Shown here: in pieces, positions 28,486-41,015 of the stretch
Layout: each line of letters begins with the position of its first letter
Position numbering within the stretch: position 1 is the stretch's first letter
Source of the DNA: Octopus vulgaris
Lineage: Eukaryota
Length of the DNA: 64,000 bases
NCBI GenBank assembly: GCA_951406725.2
Contig: OX597834.1
Span: 14,632,001 to 14,696,000, forward strand
Direction of reading: 5' to 3'
Translations under genes and position numbers: made by a program
Notes under the pieces: generated by a model
What the model was told of the DNA's origin: nothing
The model's database searches: none
The model's input: the letters and a program-made list of their open reading frames with translations, nothing else

Positions 28486-28944
28486 TTTCGAATAAAATAT
28501 TGAACCGGAATCACTTTGATCTCTTGATCTCACTCGGAGACGATATGGTTCCATAATAATACAATATACCATATATATTCTGCAGTTCTATATTCTGTTG
28601 CCAGATGAATTCGTTCCCCACCCCCACCGGTTATTTCACACCATTCAAACGATTTTCAATTCAGAAGAAATATTTCTTTAGTCGTAGTTTCATGAATTTA
28701 TTGCGGTCTTATTTTACTACATCATTTGTTTATCGTTTTGGAAATGGGAAGAAGTTTTTAATATTTTCGGATAAATAGCGATGGACCGCCAAATAGAAAA
28801 TTCGAACGAATGATTCTGACAACCTGATACCTTATTTGTAAAAACTAAATCTAATTCTCGGGAAGAAATGTTGTTAATCTCGAATTTTCCAAGCAGGTTC
28901 ACCATCCCTTCGTGCCACAATCTATAGATCTATGGTAGTTGAGT

Positions 28945-29500
28945 GAAGGCATGTGGATGAGAGGTGAGGGTATTCGACTTGCGATCGTAAGGTCATGAAT
29001 TCCATTCACGGCGGCGCCTTGTGCCTCGTCAGGAAGTCACTTTCTTTTAAGCTGCTCTAGTCCACTCTGCACGCAAAAATTAGTAGTATCTGTATAACAA
29101 AGTGTCAGCGTTGTCACATTCTGAATCACACTGAAACTCCCCGAGAACTACGTTAATGGTACAAGTTAATTTCATGAGGGGCGAGCTGGCGAAGCTGGCA
29201 GAGGCGAGCGAGCTGGCGGAAACGTTAGCACGCCGGGCGAAATGCTTAGCGGTATTTCGTGTGCGTTACGTTGTGAGTTCAAATTCCGCCGAGGTCGACT
29301 TTGCCTTTCATCCTTTCGGGGTCGATAAATTAAGTACCAGTTACGATATAATCGACTTTATCCGTTTGTATGTCCTTGTTTGTCCCCTCTGTGTTTAGCC
29401 CCTTGTGGATAATAAAGAAATAGGTACACGTTAATTTCATGAGCAGGCTGTTCTTTAATCAGATCAACGGTAGGCTTCGTTGTTATAACCGACGATGTGC
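28945..29500 (+). mobile_element. Old SINE group C copy, host of a nested group A insertion
   Basis: TTGTCACATTCTG...CCCCGAGAACTACGTTAA and GAGCAGGCTGTT...AACCGACG flank the insert. Confidence 0.7.
29179..29422 (+). mobile_element. SINE group A, young-tail subfamily, near full length
   Basis: Head GGCGAGCTGGC (locally triplicated), B box GAGTTCAAATTCC; 21 bp TSD GGTACA(A/C)GTTAATTTCATGAG at 29158-29178 and 29423-29443. Confidence 0.9.
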
Positions 29501-29683
29501 CAGTCTATGGCCATACAAACTCTTTCGTTTCACGGTCGTTTTTATGCCGTTTGTTCTGTATTTTCGTACATTCAACATTAATATATTTTGTGCGATGTTC
29601 ATGTGAAGGACATGAGCTTCATGCATTGTGTTATTTATCTTTCGTGTGCTTGGATATATTGGTTACTGCGGTACCTATCAATT

Positions 29684-30065
29684 AGTGGTGGCGCAATGGC
29701 CCAGTGGTTAGGGCAGCGGACTCGCGGTCATAGGATCGCGGTTTCGAATCCCAGACCGGGCGTTGTGAGTGTTTATTGAGCGAAAACACCTAAACTCCAC
29801 GAGGCTCCGGCAGGGATGGTGGTGATCCCTGCTGTACTCTTTCACCACAACTTTTTCTCATTCTTACTTCCTGTTCTGTCGTACCTGTATTTCAAAGGGC
29901 CGGCCTTGTCACTCTCTGTGTCACGCTGAATATCCCCGAGAACTACGTTAAGGGTATACGTTTCTGTGGAGTGCTCAGCCACTTACACGTTAATTTCACG
30001 AGCAGGCTGTTCCGTTGATTCGGATCAACCGGAACCCTCATCGTCGTAACCGACGGAGTGCTTCC
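29684..30065 (+). mobile_element. SINE group C, full length
   Basis: 11 bp TSD ACCTATCAATT at 29673-29683 and 30066-30076; A and B boxes present. Confidence 0.92.
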
Positions 30066-30354
30066 ACCTATCAATTGGATAACTATGAGCAAACAGATCG
30101 ATACTCGAAGGAACTTCATACGTGTATTTAAGGCACGACTTAGAAGCATGTACGATTACATTTTGAGAAATTTGATTTCTGTATTGAACGAACATGGAAA
30201 CATAGGTTCCGAGATGACTGGTATACGACTACTCTTTTTAGTGGCGCCTGTTTTAGAGGGTACACACGCAGTAATAAATAACACAGTCATGTAACTGTAG
30301 CTGTGAACGTCAATACGATGACAACGGCATTGCCTCCGATGATTTTATATTCGT

Positions 30355-30414
30355 ATTTGATGATGATGCGGAGGCGGTGGATGAGAAAAAGGACGATGAG
30401 TATAATGATGGTGG

Positions 30415-30460
<46 letters not shown>

Positions 30461-30580
30461 GGTGGTGGTGGTGGTGGTGGTGATTGTGGTTGTGGTGGTA
30501 GTGGTGGTGGTGATGATGATGATGATGATGTTGATGTTGATGACGATGACGATGATGATGATGATGATGATGATGATAAT
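30355..30580. repeat. (GAT)n/(GGT)n microsatellite
   Basis: Read directly; source of the poly-D/G and poly-M/V ORFs. Confidence 0.95.
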
Positions 30581-30972
30581 AGAGGTTGTGTCGGTGTTGC
30601 TGTTGGTATTCATGTGGGAGATGACGTACGTGTAAGAATCGATTCTGTCATTTCAATTTCTTTCCTTTTCTCCGTTAGCTGCTTACGTCAGTCATTCAAA
30701 CCGAAGTCCTCCCTAATATTTGTCTCTAGTGACACTTACAAGCAACCAAATTGTTCTCACTGGAACACAAGTTATAGTTTATACTTGTAAAGGCGTTGAT
30801 TTCCGTTTCTCCCTTATCGGATGATTATATTGCGTTGGATGGAAATTTATAAAGGATTGAATATTCCCTTGCTTAAATCTACCCTTATGAGACCAATGAT
30901 TCTGACACTAATAGCTTTAAAACACGGTATAAGAACTAACACATATCCTGTTAAACCTTATCTCCCTGATTT

Positions 30973-31125
30973 AAATATAGTAAGGACCCATTGGATACTA
31001 TAAGGATAAATACATTTCTTCCAGAAGGGTAAAAGTATTTGAAAACTGATTGAAATATAGTAAGGTCCCATTGGATAATATAAGGATAAATACATTTCTT
31101 CAAGAAGGGTAAAATATTTGAAAAC
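30973..31125. repeat. Direct tandem duplication, 80 bp period
   Basis: AAATATAGTAAGG(A/T)CCCATTGGATA...TATTTGAAAAC at 30973-31046 and 31053-31125. Confidence 0.85.
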
Positions 31126-31709
31126 ATGGCAACACCCACCACGTGTAGGATGAACCCCACTCACATTGATAGCTGACTTGGATGAATATAATTGTTATTA
31201 GGAATTCAAAAGGCCAGCGAATAGTGGGCGAATGGCAAAACAATTGGTTGACTTCAGTGCTTAACTGGTACTCTATTTCTTCGATCCATAAATGAGGAAG
31301 GCAAAATGTAACTCAATTAAATTTGAACTGAGAACGTCCAGCGTGCTAAAAAATTGACCAGCTGTCTTTCTATTATAAATACAAGGCTCAAAATTTTGAA
31401 GAGGTGGGCAAACGAATTACAGGGAACTCCGTAAATAAGGCAAATTCGATCTCGGTGGAACTTGAACTGAGATCATAAAACCGGACGAGGATTTTCACCT
31501 GGCTGCTTTGGCTCAAACTAATTTAAATGCCGTATTTTTTAAATACGTATTGTTCGATGTTGTATGTTATAGCAATCGCGCTGCAGGCTTCATCTCACTA
31601 TATATGTGTGTGTGTATGTGTGTCTAAGTTATTAATTAGTCAGGTGATTAAAAAGCAAGGAACTTTAGAATTTCGATGTAGTGCATTGATTTAAAGACAC
31701 ACCATTTGT

Positions 31710-32318
31710 TTAAAATTTTGGCACACGGCCAGCAATTTGGGAGTGGGTATTAGTCGATTACATCGACGCCAGTATTCAAGTGGTACCAATTTTATCGACC
31801 CAGAAACAATAAAAGGTAAAGTCAACGCCGACAGAATTTGAACTACAAACGCAAAGATGGACGAAATGCCGTTAAGAATTTTGCCCGGCGTTCCGACAAT
31901 TCTTATTTTTTATTTACCACAAGGGGCTAAACATAGAGGGGACAGACAAGGACAGACAAACGGATTAAGTCGATTAGATCGACCTCAGTACGGAACTGGT
32001 ATTTAATTTATCGACCCCGAAAGGCTGAAAGGCAAGGCCGACCTCGGCGGAATTTGAACTCAGAACGTAACAATAGACGAAATACCTATTTCTTTACTAC
32101 CCAAAAGGGGCTAAACACAGAGGGGACAAACAAGGACAGACAAAGGGATTAAGTCGATTATATCGACCCCAGTACGTAACTGGTACATAATTTATCGAGC
32201 CCGGCGGGATGAAAGGCAATGTCGACCTCGGCGGAATTTGAACTCAGAACGTAACGGCAGACGAAATGCCTCTAAGCCTTATGCCCGGCGTGCTAACGAT
32301 TTTGCCAGCTTGCCGCCC
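31710..32318 (-). mobile_element. SINE group A cluster: old copy plus young head-to-tail dimer
   Basis: Three cores; junction GAAATACC|TATTTCTT at 32086/32087. Confidence 0.9.
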
Positions 32319-33037
32319 TACATATGAAAACAGAATATTACTGGTAGGTATATGAAAAGCGCAAGGGGGGTAGCTAAAATTCGAAATAGTCTGCAGTTGT
32401 ATTTAAATGCAGGATGTAGAAAGACGGAATTAGTCGTGCGCTCAACGGTATCTACTTCTCTTCCGTTATGATATATATGTCCAGTCGTATGTTAATAATG
32501 TTTCCGTTTGAATAAGTCAAAAACGGAAATTTGAAAGGAAATTAAAGAAATTGATTTTAATACATCACGCACTTAACGGAGGAATTGCAGAATCATTATA
32601 GTGTCAGTAAAATATTTTTAAAAAATACTAAAAAAAAAAAAAAACACTTGCTCTCTTTGGTTGTGGTGCTTTTAGTGCAGAGTTCAAATCGAACAGGTGC
32701 TAATTCCGAATTTCCGAATCTTAGGCGAGATAGAATAAAATCGCAAGAAAGATCTGATATGGATTTAACCCGCTGTAACCAAATTCAAAGTATGAGGATT
32801 TGTTTAATTCTTCGAAATTAATGACTATTAATATAAACTTCATATTTTGGGCCCAGAGGAGGGGCAAGTTGATTACATTCATCATTGGGTTCAGCTGATA
32901 TTCATTTTATTAGCAACGAAAGGCTAAAAGGCAATGTCGACTTGGGCGGAATAGGAAATCAGAACGTGAAGACGGACATAATGACGATAAGCATGTAGCG
33001 TGCCGCGGGTACGAATTAATATAATTAATATTGATTC

Positions 33038-33340
33038 AGTGGAGGCACATGGCCTAGTGGTTAGAGCAGCGAACTCGAGGTCGAGGGATCGCGGGTTCGA
33101 ATCTCAGACCGGGCGATGTGTGTGTTTATGAGCGAAACTCCTAAGCTCCACGCGGCTCCGGCAGAAGGTAAAGGTGAACTTCTGCTGAATCTTTCGCTAC
33201 AGCTTTCTCTCACTCTTTCCTCCTGCATTTTGCAGCTCACCTGCGACGGACCGACGTCTCGTCCAGGCGGGGAACTTATACGCCAAGGAAACCGGAAAAC
33301 CGGCCCTTATGAACCAGGCATGGCTCGAGAAAGAACAAAC
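33038..33340 (+). mobile_element. SINE group C variant with alternative 3' half
   Basis: Head similar to 29684, then CCTGCGACGGACCGACGTCTCGTCCAGG...GGCTCGAGAAAGAACAAAC; 11 bp TSD AATATTGATTC. Confidence 0.88.
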
Positions 33341-33567
33341 AATATTGATTCCAAATTTTGGCACGAGTTGAGCAACTATGGTGAGTGTGTAAGTCAATGA
33401 CATCGACCCTTGCGCTCAAGTGGTACGTATTTTATCGACCCCAAAGAGATGAGAGGGAGAGTTAACTTCGGTGGAATTTGAAATTAGAGACGTACAGGCG
33501 GATAAAATGCCGCTATGTATTTTGCCTGGAACGGTTATGAACATTCACTATTAATATTAGTGTGGGG

Positions 33568-33951
33568 ATGAGAATGGCGAACTAACAGACTCATTAACAA
33601 TGTGAACGGCGAGCTGGTGGAGTCATTAGCAATGAGAACAGAGAGTCGTCAGAGTCATTAGCAACGAGACTGGGGAGCTGGTAGAGTCATTAGCAATGAG
33701 AATAGAGAGCTGTCAGAATAATCAACAATGGGAATAGAGAGCTGTCAGAGTCTTTTGCAACGAGAAAGTTGATATGATAGAGTCATTCGCAATGAGAACG
33801 ACGAGTTGCCAGATCAATTAGATATGAGAAAGGTGAGCTGATGGAGTCATTAGCAACGAGAATGGTGAACTGTCAGAGTCATTAGCAACCAGAAAGGTGA
33901 GCTGATGGAGTCATTAGCAATGAGAATGGTGAGCTGGTAGAGTCATTAGCA
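33568..33951 (+). repeat. 32 bp minisatellite, 12 diverged units, derived from a SINE A head
   Basis: Consensus ATGAGAATGGTGAGCTGGTAGAGTCATTAGCA; last unit runs straight into a SINE A body. Confidence 0.9.
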
Positions 33952-34214
33952 CCGCGGGCCAGATTCCTCACGGCATTTTGTCCCTCTGTGACTCTCTGTT
34001 CAAAATCCGCGAAGATTGACTTTGCATTTCATTCTCTTGGGGTCGACAAAATAAGTACCCGTCGAGCACTGGAGGTTGATGTGTGCCGATGTGTGCTGAT
34101 GAATCCGGTAAACTGGCAAAATCACTAGTGCGTCGGACAAAGTGCTTGGCAGCGTTTCATCTAGCTCTGTACGGTTTGAGTTCAAATTCCATTCTCGATA
34201 AGATTAAAATTCTC

Positions 34215-34377
34215 GAATTCTCGAAATAGAATCTGTATGGTGAGCCATGCATGTGAAAGAACATCAAGTGGCAAGCTGGTAGAATAGTTAACGCGCCGGA
34301 CGCGATGCCGCTAATCATTTAAGTTCTCCATGATTTGAGATCAATTTCCGACGCAGTCGCCTTTGCTTTTAATCTTT
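34215..34377. repeat. 163 bp inverted duplicate of 27221-27383
   Basis: Reverse complement aligns with about 4 mismatches, including non-SINE flank. Confidence 0.9.
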
Positions 34378-35019
34378 AACAGTCGAGCACTGAGGTCGAT
34401 GAGAATGATTTGATACCTCGCCTCAAAACTGCTAATATTATGTCAAAATTAGGAAGAATAAAAATACTATTATGGTGATGTACTTTGGCTGTTGTCTTAA
34501 GATTACGAGTTCAAAACCCATTGGAGTAAACATAACTTTTAAATTTTCAGATGTAGTACGCATTAAGCACAAGTCAATTATGAAGTTGATTAAAATCCTT
34601 AGATTCCGCATCGATTAAGTTTGTGGCCTTGTGCTTATTTCAGAAATATATCCAATTTCGGCAAAGTGCAATGATGCGACAGAATTGGTAATGTGTCAGT
34701 TTTGAAGCGTAAACTACTTACTTACGTCGTGTAACGCCATGAGTTCAAATACTGCTGGATTTGCAAGGCTTTTATCGCTTCCCAATCAATAAAATAAGTA
34801 GTGGTTGAGTAAGGTTGCTCGTATAAACAGCTATTACGGAGGAACATAACATTTCTTTCGTTTCAATAATAAATTATATTTTATTCGTAACCCCGTAAAT
34901 CGAGCCGGAAATATAGCTAACAGGGAATTGAAAACCCAGTTATATCTATGTATTTATCTTTGATATATATATATATATATATATATAAACATATAAAATA
35001 TATATATATATATAAATAA

Positions 35020-35054
<35 letters not shown>

Positions 35055-35114
35055 ATACATATATATATACCTACATATATATATATACACATACATATAT
35101 ATAAATATTAATAC

Positions 35115-35155
<41 letters not shown>

Positions 35156-35263
35156 GTGACGTATATTTGCCATTTGAATGGCAAATATACGTCACGATCT
35201 GTTGCCGCTACTGTTTATAACTCGCTCTGAGATTTATCATCATATATATATAAATATAAATAT

Positions 35264-35296
<33 letters not shown>

Positions 35297-35299
35297 TAT

Positions 35300-35719
<420 letters not shown>

Positions 35720-35749
35720 AACCAGGTAGGGTTATAAATAATAGCGAGT

Positions 35750-35943
35750 TAATATTGGTTTCGGCGGAGGGGTAAATTGATTGCATCGACCTAGTGCTTA
35801 GCTGGTAATTATTTTATCGAGCCCGAAAAAAAATGAAAGCAAATGTCAATCTTGGCAGAATTTGAACACAGAAAATAAACACAGAAGAGATGACGCTAAG
35901 CATATTCCTCGGTACCTTATCGATTCTGCCTATTCACCGCCTT
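35750..35943 (-). mobile_element. Old SINE group A copy
   Basis: Degenerate core GGCAGAATTTGAAC and head TTCTGCCTATTCACCGCCTT. Confidence 0.75.
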
Positions 35944-36285
35944 ATAGTGACTTAATATGGATTGAAAACGTAGAAATTTGCTCCCGCGCACATAAACATG
36001 CATATATGTATATGTTTCTCTGTCAACCTGCGTAGTAGATGTTATATATCTACTGGCAATTTCAACTATTTCTCCACAGATGAAAAAACAACTGTTTTAA
36101 TCAAAATTCGACCCTTATTAGAGTCTCATCGGAGGTAGCTACCGTTTTTCTTTAATTTCAGAAAGAACTCCGCTAGCTTTAGAGAAATGGAACAACTAAT
36201 TTAGATGCTATCAGCATTTAACAATATATTTAGTAAATATTCAACGAGAATCACAGTCAATATTGTATCAGGGTATGTATGGTAC

Positions 36286-36669
36286 ATGTTTTTGTCGACT
36301 TACGACCACGATTGGCTCCGAGTGACTGGTCGTAAGTCGGCCTATAGGCCTACGTATCTTTCTTTTATATTTTTACATTCTTAAGGTAATTCTTAGGTAA
36401 AAGTTACACACATTATTCCGTATTATACTACAACAGTGTTATTTATTTGGAGTCTTAAGCAATCGTCTAATAAACAAAGACGAGGATGCCTCGATTCTTC
36501 GCAGCAGGATAGTCATCCAACACTTTGGATAAACAGATTGGTGATTGAAAGCCAAACCTAGGGAAAGCGTTTGTTAACTGATGTCAGCCGTAGAAATTAA
36601 AGCCATTAGATTTCAACGTCGTAAGGTCGATCGGACGTAGGTCCGATAGGTCGTAAGTTGACGACATCC
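36286..36669. mobile_element. Putative Mutator-like MITE
   Basis: Inverted ends GTCGACTTACGACC and GGTCGTAAGTTGAC with subterminal repeats of GTCGTAAG; no clean TSD. Confidence 0.4.
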
Positions 36670-36816
36670 TGTATATGTTAACCTACGAAGCGAATGTTAA
36701 ACTATTTCTCCGAAAAAATGACGATACGCCTAAATGGATTTTCAATACTTATTGGGGTTCTTATCAGAGGTCATACACAGATACATCCACACACGCACAC
36801 ATACAAACACACACAT

Positions 36817-36863
<47 letters not shown>

Positions 36864-38491
36864 GGTGTGTGTGTACATGTGTATGTATGCATATATGTAT
36901 GTGTATGTGTATATATATATATATATCAAAGATAAATATAGAAATACATGTAGAGATAGATCCATACATGCACAGATATATAAAATTATGTGTATATATA
37001 TATATATATATATATCAAAGATAAATATAGAAATACATATAGAGATAGATCCATACATGCACAGATATATACAATTATGTGTATATACATATATATATAT
37101 ATATATATATACATACATATACATAGATCCATATTTTCTCGTGTGTGTGCATATGTATGTATATGAGTGAGTTTGAGTTTGCGTGTGTGTCATGGGAGAG
37201 TGAGAGAGAGAAAGAGAGAGAGGTGCCCAAATCAGTTAAAACTGCGTCTAATGGAGTAATGTACAGTAATTACTCCAGTTGACTTAACACCAAAACCCTT
37301 CCCCTTCATCTGCAATTCAAAGAAAACGCAGTTTCGTAGCCACCCGGCAACGAATGTCTATAAACGCTTCATCAGTCAGCGCGCACAACCACAGAATTTA
37401 TGTATTTAGACATAATTACTAGGCTGTTAAAATAGAATGGTTAACACAGAGTAGGAACTAAGATGGAATGCTGATTATTTCTTACAGCTGTTTCCAGAAC
37501 AGATGTGTATATATGGTAGATTTGTTTGCTGACGAATATGTGCGTCTGTGTGCGTTTATATATATATTTATATATACACGGAAAGTGACAGAGAGGGAGA
37601 GAGAGACCGAGATTGAGATACTGGTGTTAATTAACGTTCTAGTCTTAACTTACCTGTATAATTGCTAAGAGGCAGCATTATTTGTATTTATTTTCGTAGT
37701 TATATTTGTTTTCTCTCACAGCAGTGATTGCATTAAAGATTAAACGATGGAAGCCATTTTAAATATATTAGGGAAACATGAAGTATGATGATATTAAACT
37801 TTCGAAACACTTCGAAAGATGCCGATGCCGAGAATGAAAGAGAAACTCTCAAAACAAAATACAAAAAAAGAAAAACAAAAATAAAGAAAAAGAAAAACGA
37901 AAATATCACTTATTTTCCTTTATTTTTTGAATCTTAGTCATTTCTGTCTTATTAGAGAAACTATTAATAATTTCTCACTGTCATTTCTACATCATTAAGT
38001 CACTGATTAACAGTTCGCGTCACTTTTATCAGATAATGAGACTACTTTGACAGATTGATTAGTTTTATTTTTAAATTCTAATCATATCCGCCCATAAATT
38101 CTTAACGAAAATACCCCCCCCCTCATCTCTTTCATATTTCTAACATTTCAGTCATTCTCCGTCTCGATTCGATTTTACTGTTTTACTGTTTCTATTTAAC
38201 TTCCACCATTGATTTCAAGCCAGTCCTCCCACTAATTTGAAAAGATCACTGATTAAGTTCAGACCACAAAGACTATAAAGTGACCTAATTTTTATTTTGT
38301 TTTCAAATCTTGTTTAATAATGCGTTCTGTGGAAAATCTCCTTCTTGTGCTAATTGTAGCCAGTTGATGAAGCTTTCTAATGTTATTGTAGTCGCTATCA
38401 AGCAACAATGATAAAATTATATAACAATGTATGCATTCGATATGTGGACGTGACGTTATGTCTGCGTTTGCGCGTGTGTACGGGCATGTGC

Positions 38492-38539
<48 letters not shown>

Positions 38540-38568
38540 ATATATATGTATGTATATATATATGTATG

Positions 38569-38629
<61 letters not shown>

Positions 38630-38707
38630 TCATGTACACACGTGTACGCGTACATGTGTTTATATATATATGTATATATTCATGTACCACGTATACGCAT
38701 GCATATA

Positions 38708-38748
<41 letters not shown>

Positions 38749-39267
38749 TGTGTGTGTGTGTGTACGCGTGTGTGTGTATATATGTTCATATATATATATA
38801 TGTATGTATATATATATACATATACATATAATATATGTATGTATATATATATACATATACATATAATATATGTGTGTGTATGTATGTAGTTAAACGCGCA
38901 TCCATGGACATGTACACGTATGTATGCATGCTTGTACATATCTGTGAATGTATCAACGTATGCTTGTTATATCAGTGAATATACATATCTATGGAGGGAT
39001 GTAAGTACTTTTGTTTGCAACAGTAGGTCTAGGTACGATTGCATCTTAGACTCTATGAACAAAACTCTGCCCAATGCTATTGATTTATTTTCCTCACAAT
39101 TCTAACCTTAAATATATATACGTGAAACAAACTACAATATCTAAATCCCTAAGATCCCTAGTGTTTTACATCCACCACAGTACTACGATACGCGGAATAG
39201 ACGAGCATTTTTAAAAGATTTCCTTCGGGTCCCCTACAAGCTATCAATAGAAAAAGAGGTAATTTCT

Positions 39268-39476
39268 GAAAAAGAGGTAATTTCTACTCTTCTCCTCTGG
39301 AAGCCATCTACTCGCAATACCAGAGGGCGCACACTCTCCTACCCTGATGTAATCTCCAGCGATACAGGCATCCAGCAACAGGACCTCCGTAATGCCATGA
39401 TGGACCGTGAAGTCTGGCGTAGCATGGTAAATTCCATTGTCTCGACTACGGTCGAACAATGATGATGATGATGATG
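39268..39476 (+). mobile_element. RTE-type LINE 3' end with (TGA)n tail
   Basis: EKEVISTLLLWKPSTRNTRGRTLSYPDVISSDTGIQQQDLRNAMMDREVWRSMVNSIVSTTVEQ*; L.W.P...R..GR and A.DR..WR are RTE C-terminal motifs; 18 bp tandem duplication at the 5' truncation. Confidence 0.78.
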
Positions 39477-40083
39477 AACAAATGAACAGAGAAATGATTC
39501 TTACGAATTATCAATAATAATATTTCATTGAAAATGCTGATTTGATTGTACTGTAGTTGTTGTTGTTGTTGTTTTTGTTGCTGTTATTGTTTTCGATGTC
39601 GATGTTGCTGCTGCTGTTCTTGTTGTTACAATGTTAGTAGTTTCTCCTCTTTGAAACATCATTTGGTCTAACATAATGGATCTGTAATCAAGTACGTCTG
39701 AATCGTGACTACAAACGTAATTTGTTGTAACATAGAGTGCAGTAAATACGCATCTATCCATATTTTCCTGTTATCTTCTACAAGATGAATCAATAACACA
39801 CATGTCTATATACGTACATACATACATTAGGTACATGCCGACCTGCATACATTGATACATGCATACATACATTAATACATACCACCATTCTTCCATAAAT
39901 GCATGCTTTCCAACATATATATATATATAAATAAACTTTTCTTTTAATTTTTCTAAATTTACTTATTTAATTGTTACTGTTGAAAAAGTATCAATGATTG
40001 AAACCGGTACTGAAATGTTCTATATAAAATTATTTTAGCATTTTCTATCCTGACTTGTTTTTTCACACACACACACATATATA

Positions 40084-40133
<50 letters not shown>

Positions 40134-40397
40134 ACCTCTAAGGAGGTGCTTTTTCCATTCACCAAAGTGAATGTACTTTGGCCAGGAGGAAATGTTGTCA
40201 TCAGACGTTATCCAACGTACATCGGCTGTTTTTACTCACCAGTGTAACAACATCCCGTTGAACGGCGTTGCGTTACATTTTTCACGATATAATACACACA
40301 CACACACACGCACGTACACACACACACATACATATACATATATATATATATATATAATATATATATATATATCAATATATATATATATAAATAATAT

Positions 40398-40590
40398 TAA
40401 TTTATTATATAGAAGGAGTTTACAGGATAGTACTGTTTCATTCAAGAGAAATCTTCAGGAAGCATTCTTCCTGAAGATTTCTCTTGAATGATACTAGTCC
40501 TGTATCCTTCTATATATAAATTAATTTTACTCTGCTATGTATTGAGTACCTTACTTACTGTGGTTAACCCCGAATCAACCCGGGACCTAC
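40398..40590. mobile_element. Fold-back element in (TA)n with hammerhead core remnant
   Basis: Perfect 25 bp arms 40438-40462 and 40467-40491 within an imperfect IR 40398-40523; contains CTGAAGA-TTTC-TCTT-GAAT-GAAAC. Confidence 0.55.
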
Positions 40591-40649
40591 ATATATAAAT
40601 AATATATATATACGTGTGTGTGTGTGTGTGTGTGTATCGTTAACACTCA

Positions 40650-41015
40650 CACCATTTCTTCCGTCTTTTCCTTCGCAGTTCAAATTCCAACGAGGTCGAC
40701 TTCACATTTCGTCTTTTCTTGTTGACCACTGGGGTCGATGTAATCGATTACTCCCTACCCCGAAATCGATAGCTTTATGCCAAAATTTGAAATCAATACT
40801 GTGAATGCAGTTAAGGCGGTGAGCTGGCAGAATAGTTTACACACGAGGCATAATGCTAAGCAGTATTTGGTCTATCTGAGTTCAAATTCAGCCGAGGCCA
40901 AATAACCTTGTATTATTTTGGGGTCGATCAAATAAACACCATTTGAGCACTGGCGACGATGAAGTTGATTTTGCACTTCTGAAATAGCTGGCTTTGTGAC
41001 AAAATTTGAAACCAA
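40650..41015 (+). mobile_element. Two old SINE group A copies in tandem
   Basis: GTTCAAATTC...GAGG core twice; head GGCGGTGAGCTGGCAGAA at ~40815. Confidence 0.75.

Noticed and set aside
29684-29765. tRNA gene
   Set aside because: tRNA-like head continues into a 300 bp SINE body bounded by TSDs, and the cloverleaf is incomplete; the same applies to the other SINE heads
30377-30790. Acidic poly-D/G ORF
   Set aside because: (GAT)n/(GGT)n microsatellite
33568-33951. CRISPR array
   Set aside because: Contiguous diverged units without unique spacers, no cas genes, eukaryotic context
37321-37380. CTGATGA...GAAAC-TGC-GTT hammerhead candidate on the minus strand
   Set aside because: Stem II does not close and stem I is only 2 weak pairs
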